In this document: one piece after another, positions 9,909-19,345 of the stretch
Numbering within the stretch: position 1 is the first letter of the stretch
How the letters are laid out: each line of letters begins with the position of its first letter
NCBI GenBank assembly: GCA_964541455.1
Contig: CAZIPS010000001.1
Span: forward strand, 1,709 to 65,708
DNA length: 64,000 nt
Direction of reading: 5' to 3'
Source: an uncultured Candidatus Saccharibacteria bacterium
Lineage (GTDB): Bacteria > Patescibacteriota > Minisyncoccia > Phycocordibacterales > JAKFXT01
Position numbers and translations under genes: made by a program
The notes under the pieces: generated by a model
What the model saw: only the letters and a program-made list of their open reading frames with translations
What the model was told of the DNA's origin: nothing
Database searches by the model: none

Positions 9909-11762
9909 ATGTGTGGGATCGCAGGATTTATCGGGCGAGGGGAGGAGCGCGATCTTTTACTTATGCAAAAGAACATTTTGCATAGGGGCCCTGATCAACA
10001 AGGCATATATTTTAAGGAGGGGGTAGGTCTTGCACATACTCGTCTTGCAATAATCGATACTGACCCTCGTGGTGTGCAGCCCATGTGGAATGAAAAAAAG
10101 ACACTAGCTATTGTTTTTAATGGAGAGATATATAACTACAGGGCTCTAAGGGATGAGCTAAAGGTAAAGGGAAAGAGTTTCAATACAGAAACTGATACAG
10201 AGGTAATACTTGCACTTTTTGAAGAGATGGGCGAAGCGTGTTTTCAAAAACTTGATGGTATGTTTGCGCTTGCGCTCTATGATGCGGTAACGGGTAATGT
10301 GATACTTGCGCGTGATCGTATGGGGGAAAAACCTCTTTATTACGGACTGTTCGATCGTACGGTAATTTTTGCATCTGAATTACCAGCAGTACTTTCACAT
10401 CCTTTTGTAAAAAAAGAGCTCGATCCTGTGTCACTTGCAGCGTATATGGTACGTGAGTATGTTCCTACTCCACGAACTATGTTTAAAAATATTTATAAGG
10501 TAGAGAGCGGGCATTATATTAAGGTAGTAGGTCCACGAATAGAAAAGACTTCCTTTTGGCAACAAGAGGTTATAGAAAAAGACATTTCTTTTAAGGAAGC
10601 AGAGAAAAGACTTGATACGCTTTTAGCGAAAACAGTTGCTGATCGGATGATATCAGATGTGCCACTTGGAGTATTTTTAAGTGGGGGGATAGACAGCGCC
10701 ACTATTGCGTATTATGCGCAAAAACATTCGAAGGTCCCTATTAAAACTTTTTCGATTGGGTTTAACGAGGCTTCATTTGATGAATCAAGCTATGCTTCGC
10801 TCGTTGCAAAGGCACTTGGCACAGAGCACCACACTAAGATAGTTACTGCCAAGGACGCACTAGCACTTATTGATACGTTAGGCAGTGTGATGGGAGAGCC
10901 ACTTTCTGATCCTTCTATCATTCCAACACTTCTTTTGTCGAAGTTTGCACGCGAAAAGGTAACAGTGGCGCTTGGGGGAGATGGAGGAGATGAGTTGTTC
11001 GCAGGATATCCAACGTTTCAGGCCGATACAATCGTTTCTTTGTATAAAGCATTACCAGCACTTGTGCGGAAAAGAGTAATTGAGCCCTTAATAGAATTTC
11101 TCCCTGGGTCCGATAAAAATTTCAGTATGTCTTTTAAGCTTCAGAAATTTATTGAGGGAGTCTATGCCGCTCCTTTGGAGCGACACGGGAGGTGGCTTGG
11201 GGCCTTTAGTAGAGAAGAGTTAAAGGAGTTACTCACTCCAGAAGTATTTGAAGTGGTCAAACAAACATCTCCTTATTATGAAGAGGGTGGGGAAGTTACT
11301 TCTCCTCAAGAGATACTTAAGGCATATCAACATTCTTATCTTACTGACCAAGTACTTGTTAAAGTTGATCGCGCGAGTATGCACTATGCGCTTGAAGTAA
11401 GAGCTCCTTTTCTTGGAAAAGAAATTGTTGAGTTTGTAAGTACATTATCGTACCGGTTTAAGTTAAGGGGGCTTACCACTAAATATATTTTAAAAAAGCT
11501 CATGACTGGTAAGTTGCCGTTATCGATCGTGCGTAGGCAGAAAAAAGGGTTTGGCATACCAGTAGCTGAGTGGTTAAAGAAAGATTTGCGCCCTTTGGCG
11601 GAAACACTTTTCTCAAAAGAGGCAATACAAAAGAGTGGTGTATGTAATCATTCCTATGTGGCAACACTATTTTCTGAACACTGTGAAGGCAAGAAAAATC
11701 ATCGCAAAAAGCTCTGGACACTTTTCATTTTTCAGCTTTGGGCACGGGAATATATGAGTTAG
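9909..11762 (+). CDS. asnB: asparagine synthase-like glutamine amidotransferase (glycan amidation type)
   Basis: N-terminal MCGIAG, HRGPD, FNGEIYN, LSGGIDS, GDGGDELFAGY, KVDRASM. Confidence 0.9.
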   Translation: MCGIAGFIGRGEERDLLLMQKNILHRGPDQQGIYFKEGVGLAHTRLAIIDTDPRGVQPMWNEKKTLAIVFNGEIYNYRALRDELKVKGKSFNTETDTEVILALFEEMGEACFQKLDGMFALALYDAVTGNVILARDRMGEKPLYYGLFDRTVIFASELPAVLSHPFVKKELDPVSLAAYMVREYVPTPRTMFKNIYKVESGHYIKVVGPRIEKTSFWQQEVIEKDISFKEAEKRLDTLLAKTVADRMISDVPLGVFLSGGIDSATIAYYAQKHSKVPIKTFSIGFNEASFDESSYASLVAKALGTEHHTKIVTAKDALALIDTLGSVMGEPLSDPSIIPTLLLSKFAREKVTVALGGDGGDELFAGYPTFQADTIVSLYKALPALVRKRVIEPLIEFLPGSDKNFSMSFKLQKFIEGVYAAPLERHGRWLGAFSREELKELLTPEVFEVVKQTSPYYEEGGEVTSPQEILKAYQHSYLTDQVLVKVDRASMHYALEVRAPFLGKEIVEFVSTLSYRFKLRGLTTKYILKKLMTGKLPLSIVRRQKKGFGIPVAEWLKKDLRPLAETLFSKEAIQKSGVCNHSYVATLFSEHCEGKKNHRKKLWTLFIFQLWAREYMS

Positions 11763-11798
11763 TGTCAAAGTAGGCCTAGTTTGCTATGATGGGCTCTA

Positions 11799-12371
11799 AT
11801 GAAGGAAGTGAAGCTAAATATTGGAAGCGCAGGGCGCAAAAAAGAGGGCTATATTAACGTAGACTGGCAATCGATTGTTAAGCCCGATCTTGAGCACAAC
11901 CTCAATGTCTACCCCTATCCCTTTGCTGATAGTTCAGTTGATCTTATCGAAGCTTTTCATGTCGTTGAGCACTTAGACCGCCCTTTCGATGTGCTTAAGG
12001 AGTTTCATCGCATTTTAAAACCAGGAGGGGTGCTACATTTAAAAGTACCGCATTTTAGTCGAGCCATGACCCATCCAGAACATTTTCATGGGTTTGATAT
12101 CACACTTCCACACTATTTTGATAAAAGGTTTGTAGAAACGGGATATTTTGGCGTTGATTATGATTTGAAATACATGAAAATGCGCTGGATTGCGTTTTTT
12201 CATATTCTCGAAACGGCAGGGTATAACAAGATACTCCTCACTATCCTTAAGGGTCTCGACATGGCTATTACCACGCTTGCGAATGTAAGTCTTGCATTTT
12301 GTAGTCGCATATGGTGTTACTGGGTGGGAGGCTTTGATGAAATAGAGTTTTATTTTGTATGCAAAAAATAG
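11799..12371 (+). CDS. SAM-dependent methyltransferase
   Basis: LNIGSAG, YPFADSSVD...HVVEHL, HRILKPGG. Confidence 0.8.
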   Translation: MKEVKLNIGSAGRKKEGYINVDWQSIVKPDLEHNLNVYPYPFADSSVDLIEAFHVVEHLDRPFDVLKEFHRILKPGGVLHLKVPHFSRAMTHPEHFHGFDITLPHYFDKRFVETGYFGVDYDLKYMKMRWIAFFHILETAGYNKILLTILKGLDMAITTLANVSLAFCSRIWCYWVGGFDEIEFYFVCKK

Positions 12372-13075
12372 AGAGACTCCTCAAAAATGAAGAAGTGGGT
12401 GGGGTCCGAGAATTCTTCAAACAATGGCCCCATTTTTACTATTTCATAGTGGCAGTATTTGGCCCCGCTTATTTTGGAGGATTAAGTCCTAGGAAGTTTA
12501 TTAAAAAATACGCACAAGAGGGAGTGCGCCTTAATATTGGTTCTGGGCCAAGGGTTGTTGATGCAACTTTTCAAAATGTAGACACAACTGCCTATGCATC
12601 AGTTACATATGTGGCTGATGCGGCCCATGTGCCTGTTAAGGACAATGCTGTTTCGATGATTATATCTGACAATGTGCTTGAGCACGTTTTTAATGTTGAG
12701 GAGGTGGTAAGGGAAATGAAAAGAATACTTAAAAGTGGGGGGGTAGCGTATGTGAGTACCCCCTTTCTTTATCCTTTCCATTCTTCACCTGATGATTTTA
12801 CTCGCTTTACGCTTACTGGGTTACAGAAACTTTTTCATGAGTTTGAAGTAGTGGAATCAGGGGTTCGTTCAGGAATTTTTTCAACAATAACAGTGGTATT
12901 GGTATACCTTTGTGCGAGCTTGTTTTCCTTCGGGAGTAAAAAAGTATATCAATTTTTACTTAATATTTTTATTTTTATTTTTTTCCCTATCAAGTATCTA
13001 GATAGTATAGGAAACCATCTCCCATTTTCAGAAGAGAGTGCCTCAGTCTTTTATATGGTAGTGCGAAAGAAATAG
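12359..13075 (+). CDS. SAM-dependent methyltransferase
   Basis: LNIGSGP, VLEHV, RILKSGG, PFH..P.DFTRFT. Confidence 0.8.
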   Translation: MQKIERLLKNEEVGGVREFFKQWPHFYYFIVAVFGPAYFGGLSPRKFIKKYAQEGVRLNIGSGPRVVDATFQNVDTTAYASVTYVADAAHVPVKDNAVSMIISDNVLEHVFNVEEVVREMKRILKSGGVAYVSTPFLYPFHSSPDDFTRFTLTGLQKLFHEFEVVESGVRSGIFSTITVVLVYLCASLFSFGSKKVYQFLLNIFIFIFFPIKYLDSIGNHLPFSEESASVFYMVVRKK

Positions 13076-13076
13076 T

Positions 13077-14903
13077 ATGAAAGGCTTTTTAAAGAAGGGG
13101 TGGGAGGGAATAGGGAATCATCTTTTTGCAATTCTCTTTGCACTCATTGTAGGTATACTTTCTGGTCTCCCGTCTTTGCTAGCTCCTCGGGGACTTGGCA
13201 CAGAGTACCGTGGTATCCCATTCCTTTATCAAAGTGATGAAGAAATATATCTTAGTCGTATTCAGGAAGTACTCGACGGGTATCCAAGTATCGGATCTCC
13301 AGTGCTCCATGAATACAAGCAAGTAAAAACAGCGTGGTTTCCTTTTGGTGAGTATCTCTATGTACTCCCTGTACTTGTAGGCGTGCCGCTTATAAAAGTA
13401 CTTCTTTTGTCTAAGTTTGTTTTTCCTGCGCTGCTATTTTTGCTTGTTTATATGCTTACGTTATGTCTTATAAAAAGTGGTAATGAATCACGGCTAAAAG
13501 TGAGGCAGGGAATAGCTATCGCAACTGGGTTATTGGTAACGCTTGGGTATGATTTTGTGCACGTTAGTCACATCATCTCCCTTCCAAAAGATTCACACGC
13601 TTTTTACCTCTCACCATGGACTCGTTTAGTAAATCCTGTCACGGGGGGTCTCATTTTTTTTGGTGGGCTTATAGCGTTATGGAAGTATCTTGAGGCGCCC
13701 TCTCGAAAAATGTGGGGACTACTTTGTGGGTTGTTACTTCTTTCTTCAAGTTATTTTTTTAGTTTTGGGATATTTCTTACAGTACTCACGTATTGGACAG
13801 TTGTTTCATTTTTTGTAGAAAAAAAGAAAAATGAGGCGATATGGCTTTTATTACTTCTTTGTTGTGGAGGGGGTATGCTTTTGGTGCAGGCACTTATTGG
13901 GAGGGTGGGGATATCACACGAAGAAGCTGCGATAGCGCTTACTAAGAACGGACTCCTTTTTACGCACCTCCCACTTGTAAATGGAGTACTTTTAGCAACC
14001 TCAGGTATCTTTGCACTACTTACGGTGTACGGAGTTAAAAAAAGACTTTATACACTCTATCCACTTACCGCATTTAACCGCTTTTGGTGGTTTTTACTTG
14101 GGGGACTTGTCGCATCTTTTGTAGTTTTTAGTCAACAATTTTTGACTGGGAGAACAATTTGGCCGCATCATTTTGTGCAATATACTATCCCACTTTGTTA
14201 CATAGTACTTCTTACTATGTTTGCTCGATCGATAGTGAGAGTACCTACACGCTATGTTGTGGTAGTACTCCTTCCTATTGTTGTAGCAACTGTAGGTTTC
14301 GGCATGTGGGCCGCGACGACGTATAAGGCAAAAATGGAGGTATATAGAGAGGTACAGCAGTATCAACCACTTTTTACTTTCTTAAACCACACTCCTAAAG
14401 GGATGTGTACGGTATTGTCTGTTGAGGAAGATGACTATCTTTCAACTAAAATACCAGCCTTCACACACTGCGATGTGTACTATTCTATTTTTGTGTATTA
14501 TGGAGCACCTCTTTCAAGAATTGAGCATAATTATCTAACACTGCTTCGATTTCGAGGACTCACTTCCGCAACACTTCCGCAGTACTTGATTGATCATGAT
14601 GTTGAGATGCGTGTTGCTACATTTACTAATTGGCAAGAACTTTTCCGTCATGTTGAAGATCCTTGGATGAGAAAGATTACTAACAATCAAGAAGTTGATA
14701 CGTGGATAGGGAAGACACGAGTAAAGATAGAGAAAGACTATGCTCAATTTTTAAAACAAGATTTTAAAAGTGAGTTACAAAGGTACCAGATAACATACAT
14801 AGTGTGGGATAAGGTAAGGTATCCTCAGTGGAACCCTACGCAGGTTAATTTTTTAACTGAAGTGTACAGTGACAGTCGGGTTGTGGTATACCAGATAAAA
14901 TAA
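13077..14903 (+). CDS. multi-pass membrane protein, probable GT-C-fold glycosyltransferase
   Basis: Acidic DEEIY in the first extracytoplasmic loop, about 12 TM segments, soluble C-terminal domain ending YQITYIVWD...VYSD..VVVYQI. Confidence 0.5.
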   Translation: MKGFLKKGWEGIGNHLFAILFALIVGILSGLPSLLAPRGLGTEYRGIPFLYQSDEEIYLSRIQEVLDGYPSIGSPVLHEYKQVKTAWFPFGEYLYVLPVLVGVPLIKVLLLSKFVFPALLFLLVYMLTLCLIKSGNESRLKVRQGIAIATGLLVTLGYDFVHVSHIISLPKDSHAFYLSPWTRLVNPVTGGLIFFGGLIALWKYLEAPSRKMWGLLCGLLLLSSSYFFSFGIFLTVLTYWTVVSFFVEKKKNEAIWLLLLLCCGGGMLLVQALIGRVGISHEEAAIALTKNGLLFTHLPLVNGVLLATSGIFALLTVYGVKKRLYTLYPLTAFNRFWWFLLGGLVASFVVFSQQFLTGRTIWPHHFVQYTIPLCYIVLLTMFARSIVRVPTRYVVVVLLPIVVATVGFGMWAATTYKAKMEVYREVQQYQPLFTFLNHTPKGMCTVLSVEEDDYLSTKIPAFTHCDVYYSIFVYYGAPLSRIEHNYLTLLRFRGLTSATLPQYLIDHDVEMRVATFTNWQELFRHVEDPWMRKITNNQEVDTWIGKTRVKIEKDYAQFLKQDFKSELQRYQITYIVWDKVRYPQWNPTQVNFLTEVYSDSRVVVYQIK

Positions 14904-16318
14904 TGGAAAAGTTTTTGGCAAAAGTGGGTATCAGTAAAAAGATGGCACTAGTTGGGCTAGGTTTTTTCTTTCTTTATCTCTTTGTTGCTTATGGCTTTTT
15001 CTATGCCGATAGGCATGTTGCAGATATTGATGGAAACTTAGCCTTCCATTATCCAACGTGGGGGTACGATTCGCCTGAATACACAAAACTTGCCGATGGA
15101 CTTCTTTTGCGCCACAGTTTTAATTTTGAAAATAACACTCCTCCTGACCTGTTGCGTACTCCGGGATACCCTCTACTTCTCGCTCTCACCAAACTTGTTA
15201 CTGGGAAGTTTTGGCCAATTATTATATTTCAAATCTTCTGTGCTTTATTAGTCGCGCTACTTACTTTTAAAATGGGAGTGAGACTAAATGCTCGTAGGGT
15301 GGGTATTGGAGCGGCGCTACTTTTCCTTATCAGTCCTTCGACAATCTTTCACACGGTAGTGTTCATGAATGAGCTTACTTTCATGACTGCGTTCATACTT
15401 TCATTGTATGTATTATTTTTCCCGCCAGTGTGTTTCCAAAAAAGATGGTGGTGTGCTCCAGTTTTTTCGGGACTATTACTTGCTGTGGCAACCTATATTC
15501 GGCCGCTTACACTCTATATCCCACTTCTTTTCGTATGTTGCTACTTTTTGGTGTATATGCGGAGTGGGTGGGGCACGATAGGTAAGTCTATGACTGCATT
15601 TATGTTGGTTTTTTGGGCAGTCATTATTCCATGGATCTACCACAATGGAACTAAGAGTGGTGTATACACATTCTCTACGATAGGAACGTACAATCTTGTA
15701 TTTTTTAATGCGTCGGATTTTTTGGAAAAACATTTCGGTAATACCTCAACAGAGTTTTTAACGTATCAAAAGCAACTCGATACTATCCCAATGTATAATG
15801 CACGGCCACAAAAACCATGGAATGAGATTGTTGCACTCCCCAAACATGTGTTGGCAATGTACCCCAGAGGGTACATTGCTTATCATCTCTCCTACTTATC
15901 AGTATTTTTTATAAGTAGTGGTGCGCGCTATGACGTTCAGATGATCCATTATCCTAAAGTAAAGGCCTTTTTTGGGTTAAGTGAGGGGATACCAAGTTTG
16001 CTTTCAGAGATTAAGGCGCATCATTTTAAGGGGGCTTTTGTTACCTTATCTTCTCAAGGGGTGTTTACAGTGGAGCGCCTTCTGCTTTGTGTGCTTACAC
16101 TTGCATCTTTAATTGCGGTGTTCGCCACAAGAAGTCCTAAGGTACGTAATCTCTTATTGGTATTATTACTTATAATTTTGTATTTTGCGGTACTTACCGG
16201 TCCAGCATCCATCCCACGCTATCGGCTGCCTGTTGATCCGCTTATTTTCTTACTTGGGCTTTTTGCACTAAGTAGGTATTACGTAATGCTAAAAATGAGG
16301 AAACAAAAAGCGTTTTAA
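14903..16318 (+). CDS. GT-C glycosyltransferase (ArnT/PMT-like)
   Basis: DSPEY..LA, RTPGYPLLLA, multiple TMs, YIRP, RYRLP. Confidence 0.75.
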   Translation: MEKFLAKVGISKKMALVGLGFFFLYLFVAYGFFYADRHVADIDGNLAFHYPTWGYDSPEYTKLADGLLLRHSFNFENNTPPDLLRTPGYPLLLALTKLVTGKFWPIIIFQIFCALLVALLTFKMGVRLNARRVGIGAALLFLISPSTIFHTVVFMNELTFMTAFILSLYVLFFPPVCFQKRWWCAPVFSGLLLAVATYIRPLTLYIPLLFVCCYFLVYMRSGWGTIGKSMTAFMLVFWAVIIPWIYHNGTKSGVYTFSTIGTYNLVFFNASDFLEKHFGNTSTEFLTYQKQLDTIPMYNARPQKPWNEIVALPKHVLAMYPRGYIAYHLSYLSVFFISSGARYDVQMIHYPKVKAFFGLSEGIPSLLSEIKAHHFKGAFVTLSSQGVFTVERLLLCVLTLASLIAVFATRSPKVRNLLLVLLLIILYFAVLTGPASIPRYRLPVDPLIFLLGLFALSRYYVMLKMRKQKAF

Positions 16319-16322
16319 AAGT

Positions 16323-17411
16323 ATGAAAGTGCTACTTATTACTTCAACAACTAAGCAAACTTCAGGCTGGGGAAGACTCTCATCTGACGCGCTTAGGGCC
16401 TTAAAAAAAATAGGACACGAGGTCACTGTCATTTCTGAAGATGATACTGCACAATTCCAGTTAAAAAAACGGAATGGTGTATATAGTTGGCTTTATAATA
16501 TAGCGCTTGTTTGGAGAGAAAGTAGGAAGGTAGAAGTAGTGCACGCCTTTGATGTGTGGCCGTATGGAGTCTATGCATATTTTGCTTTATTTTTTTCGCG
16601 CACACGATTAGTCATGAATGGTATCGGCACCTATAGCTTACCTCCGTTTCGTGTATCGTTTAAAAGTATTGTTATGAAACTGGCGATACGGTCTGCTCGA
16701 CATATTTACTGTATTAGTAACTATACCGAAGAAAGAATTAAAGAAAGGGTGCCAACAGCGCATACAGAAGTAGTGCTTATGGGGGCGCCACATATTCAAA
16801 AGTTAAGTAAAGAGGAGGCGGCTCACTTTGAGGAAAAGTATAAGTTAGAAGGGCATTACCCCATTGTGCTTACGGTGGGAGAAATAAAAAGTCGGAAGGG
16901 GCAACGTGATACCGCAGAAGCTGTGGCCCTTCTTAGTCACACATATCCAGATATTCTCTACTGCGTACTTGGAAGCGATAGGGACACCCCTTATGTAGAA
17001 AGTATTAAAAAAGTAGGGGAGCGTATAGGTAAGTCGCATATGATTACTATTGTTGCTGATGCTAAGGATGATAAGGCACTTTCTTATTTTTATGATAAGG
17101 CAACACTTTTTGCACTTAATTCAAACAACGAAGGAGACCATTTTGAGGGGTTTGGTCTTGTTATACTTGAGGCAAATGCTTTTGGTAAGCCTGCTATAGG
17201 AAGCACTCGTACGGGGATTGAAAGCGCTATTGTAGATGGCTACAATGGGCTCCTTACAAAACAAGCTGATCCTCAGGATATAGCTTCAAAAATGATCTTT
17301 TTATTAGAGAAAGAAAGCTATGCACTTTTTTCACAACAAGCGCTTCTTCATTACAAAAAATTTACATGGGAAAAGACTGCGGAAGGATATACAAAAGGCT
17401 ATAAAGACTAG
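16323..17411 (+). CDS. glycosyltransferase family 4
   Basis: GEIKSRKG, EGFGLVILEANAFGKPAIG. Confidence 0.9.
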   Translation: MKVLLITSTTKQTSGWGRLSSDALRALKKIGHEVTVISEDDTAQFQLKKRNGVYSWLYNIALVWRESRKVEVVHAFDVWPYGVYAYFALFFSRTRLVMNGIGTYSLPPFRVSFKSIVMKLAIRSARHIYCISNYTEERIKERVPTAHTEVVLMGAPHIQKLSKEEAAHFEEKYKLEGHYPIVLTVGEIKSRKGQRDTAEAVALLSHTYPDILYCVLGSDRDTPYVESIKKVGERIGKSHMITIVADAKDDKALSYFYDKATLFALNSNNEGDHFEGFGLVILEANAFGKPAIGSTRTGIESAIVDGYNGLLTKQADPQDIASKMIFLLEKESYALFSQQALLHYKKFTWEKTAEGYTKGYKD

Positions 17412-17414
17412 TGT

Positions 17415-18443
17415 ATGAAAAGAGCATTTATCACGGGTATTACAGGGCAAGACGGCTCTTATCTTACGGAATATCTTTTGGGAAAAGGGTATGAAGTATA
17501 TGGTCTCATGCGACGTTCAAGTGTAGAACCTGCGCTTCGTCTTGAAGGAATAAAAGGACTTGAAAAAGTTACTATGTTTTATGGAGATCTGCGTGACAGT
17601 GCCCCACTTGAGGAGGCATTAAGGAGGGCCAATCCAGGTGAGGTATATAACCTCGCGGCACAGTCTCATATAGGGGTTTCATTTAAAATTCCTCAAGAAA
17701 CATTTGAAATAAATTATGCTGGAGTAGGACGGTTAGTCGAGGCAATTAAAAAAATTAACCCAAGTATCAAACTTTATCAAGCATTATCAAGCGAGGTGTT
17801 TAGTGCAGAGCACCCTCCACATCACGAGGAAAGTATTATGGCGCCAGTAAACCCATATGCGGAAGCTAAAATTAAATCACACCTTGATTTTATTAAAGGT
17901 GCTCGTGAAAAACATAATATGTTTGCTGTTTCCGGATTTCTTTTTAATCATGAATCACCTCGTCGGGGGAAAGAGTTTGTGACGCGTAAAATTACTCTTG
18001 GGCTTTCACGTATAAAGGAGGGGTTACAAGAAGTGCTTGAGTTAGGGAACCTTAATTCAAAAAGAGATTGGGGGTTTGCGGGAGACTATGTGCGCGCCAT
18101 GCACATGATGCTTCAACAGGAGAATCCCGAAGACTATGTAATAAGTAGTGGAGAGATGCACAGTGTACGAGAGTTTGTTTTACTTGCAGCCAAAGAACTC
18201 GGTATCACTATTACTTTTAAAGGTGAGGGAGTAGATGAAGTTGGGGTAGATGAACACGGAAAGGTACTTGTTCGGGTGAATCCATCTTTTTTTCGTCCGG
18301 TTGATACACATACTCTTTTTGGCGATTCAACAAAAGCACGCACTAAGCTTGGGTGGAAACCAGAGGTTAGTTTTCCTGAATTGGTATCAATGATGGTGAA
18401 ATCTGACCATGATAAGGTAAAACGTAATGCAGTTTCGTTTTAA
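17415..18443 (+). CDS. gmd: GDP-mannose 4,6-dehydratase
   Basis: GITGQDGSYL, NLAAQSH, PYAEAK, FNHESPRRG.EFVTRKI, LGNL..KRDWG. Confidence 0.92.
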   Translation: MKRAFITGITGQDGSYLTEYLLGKGYEVYGLMRRSSVEPALRLEGIKGLEKVTMFYGDLRDSAPLEEALRRANPGEVYNLAAQSHIGVSFKIPQETFEINYAGVGRLVEAIKKINPSIKLYQALSSEVFSAEHPPHHEESIMAPVNPYAEAKIKSHLDFIKGAREKHNMFAVSGFLFNHESPRRGKEFVTRKITLGLSRIKEGLQEVLELGNLNSKRDWGFAGDYVRAMHMMLQQENPEDYVISSGEMHSVREFVLLAAKELGITITFKGEGVDEVGVDEHGKVLVRVNPSFFRPVDTHTLFGDSTKARTKLGWKPEVSFPELVSMMVKSDHDKVKRNAVSF

Positions 18444-18483
18444 AAAATAAAAAGACCTACAAAAGTAGGTCTTTTTATTTTTT
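18442..18483. terminator. bidirectional intrinsic terminator between convergent genes
   Basis: Perfect 19-bp inverted repeat AAAAAATAAAAAGACCTAC-aaaa-GTAGGTCTTTTTATTTTTT. Confidence 0.85.
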
Positions 18484-18491
18484 CTCTACCT

Positions 18492-19343
18492 TTAGAGAAG
18501 CGCTAATTTTTCAAACACATCAGTGCGTACATGCCCTTCTTTTACTTCATACTCAAGTTGTTCCTTGCTCACCGCTCCATCGGTCATTGAGTCTTTAAGT
18601 AACTTCAAAAACATCATTTCTATGTCTTTGTTTGGGTGTGGGAGATAGTGCGTGGGGTATTTGCCGAGTAGCTTATGAATAGGTTCACGTGGGATTAGGC
18701 CAAAGTATTTTGGCATTTTGTTGCGCGTAAAATCAATCGGAAGTCCTGCACGCCATGGTTGCGTGAGGCGGATGGTGGTATGGATCATTTTAGTGTTTTG
18801 GTCCAAGTGATCAAGATCATTCCATTCACGAGAAAGGGGCAACACCTCGGTTTCGTCCTTAATGGTCATAATACGATCGTAATCAGCCGATCCTTCCTTG
18901 AGCTGTTTTAACCATTCACCAACCTTCCAGTGTGAAAGTTTGGCGCAATCAAGTACCATAACGCTTGAATCCCAAGCGTCTTTTTTAGTGCAAGCAGCAA
19001 GGGCATTGCCGCGTAAGTCCATTTCATAAAGTGGGGAAATATCTTTGAGTGCAAAAATATCTGGGTCAATAACAACCGCACGCCCTTCGAACCCCATAAG
19101 CTCAGGGGGCATAAAACGAGTTAAGGTAAAGAACTGCAAATCTTCTTCATCAAGTACGCGTTTCTCACCTTTGCGATTAAAAGTCATCCCGGCATATGTT
19201 TTAAACATCGGTATGTCCTCGACAAGCATGATCGTGACGGGTACAAGATCTTTACCTTTATATGTTCTCTCAAAGGCGTATTTTGCAAGCAGTGCCCCTA
19301 AGTACTGCTTTTTATTGGACTGTATAAAAAACCCTTTTTTCAT
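18492..19343 (-). CDS. GT-A glycosyltransferase, GT8-like
   Basis: LTRF..P, VIDPDIF (DxD), SSVMVLDC, EWN.LD, IH.T...QPW. Confidence 0.6.
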   Translation of the reverse strand: MKKGFFIQSNKKQYLGALLAKYAFERTYKGKDLVPVTIMLVEDIPMFKTYAGMTFNRKGEKRVLDEEDLQFFTLTRFMPPELMGFEGRAVVIDPDIFALKDISPLYEMDLRGNALAACTKKDAWDSSVMVLDCAKLSHWKVGEWLKQLKEGSADYDRIMTIKDETEVLPLSREWNDLDHLDQNTKMIHTTIRLTQPWRAGLPIDFTRNKMPKYFGLIPREPIHKLLGKYPTHYLPHPNKDIEMMFLKLLKDSMTDGAVSKEQLEYEVKEGHVRTDVFEKLALL

Positions 19344-19345
19344 AA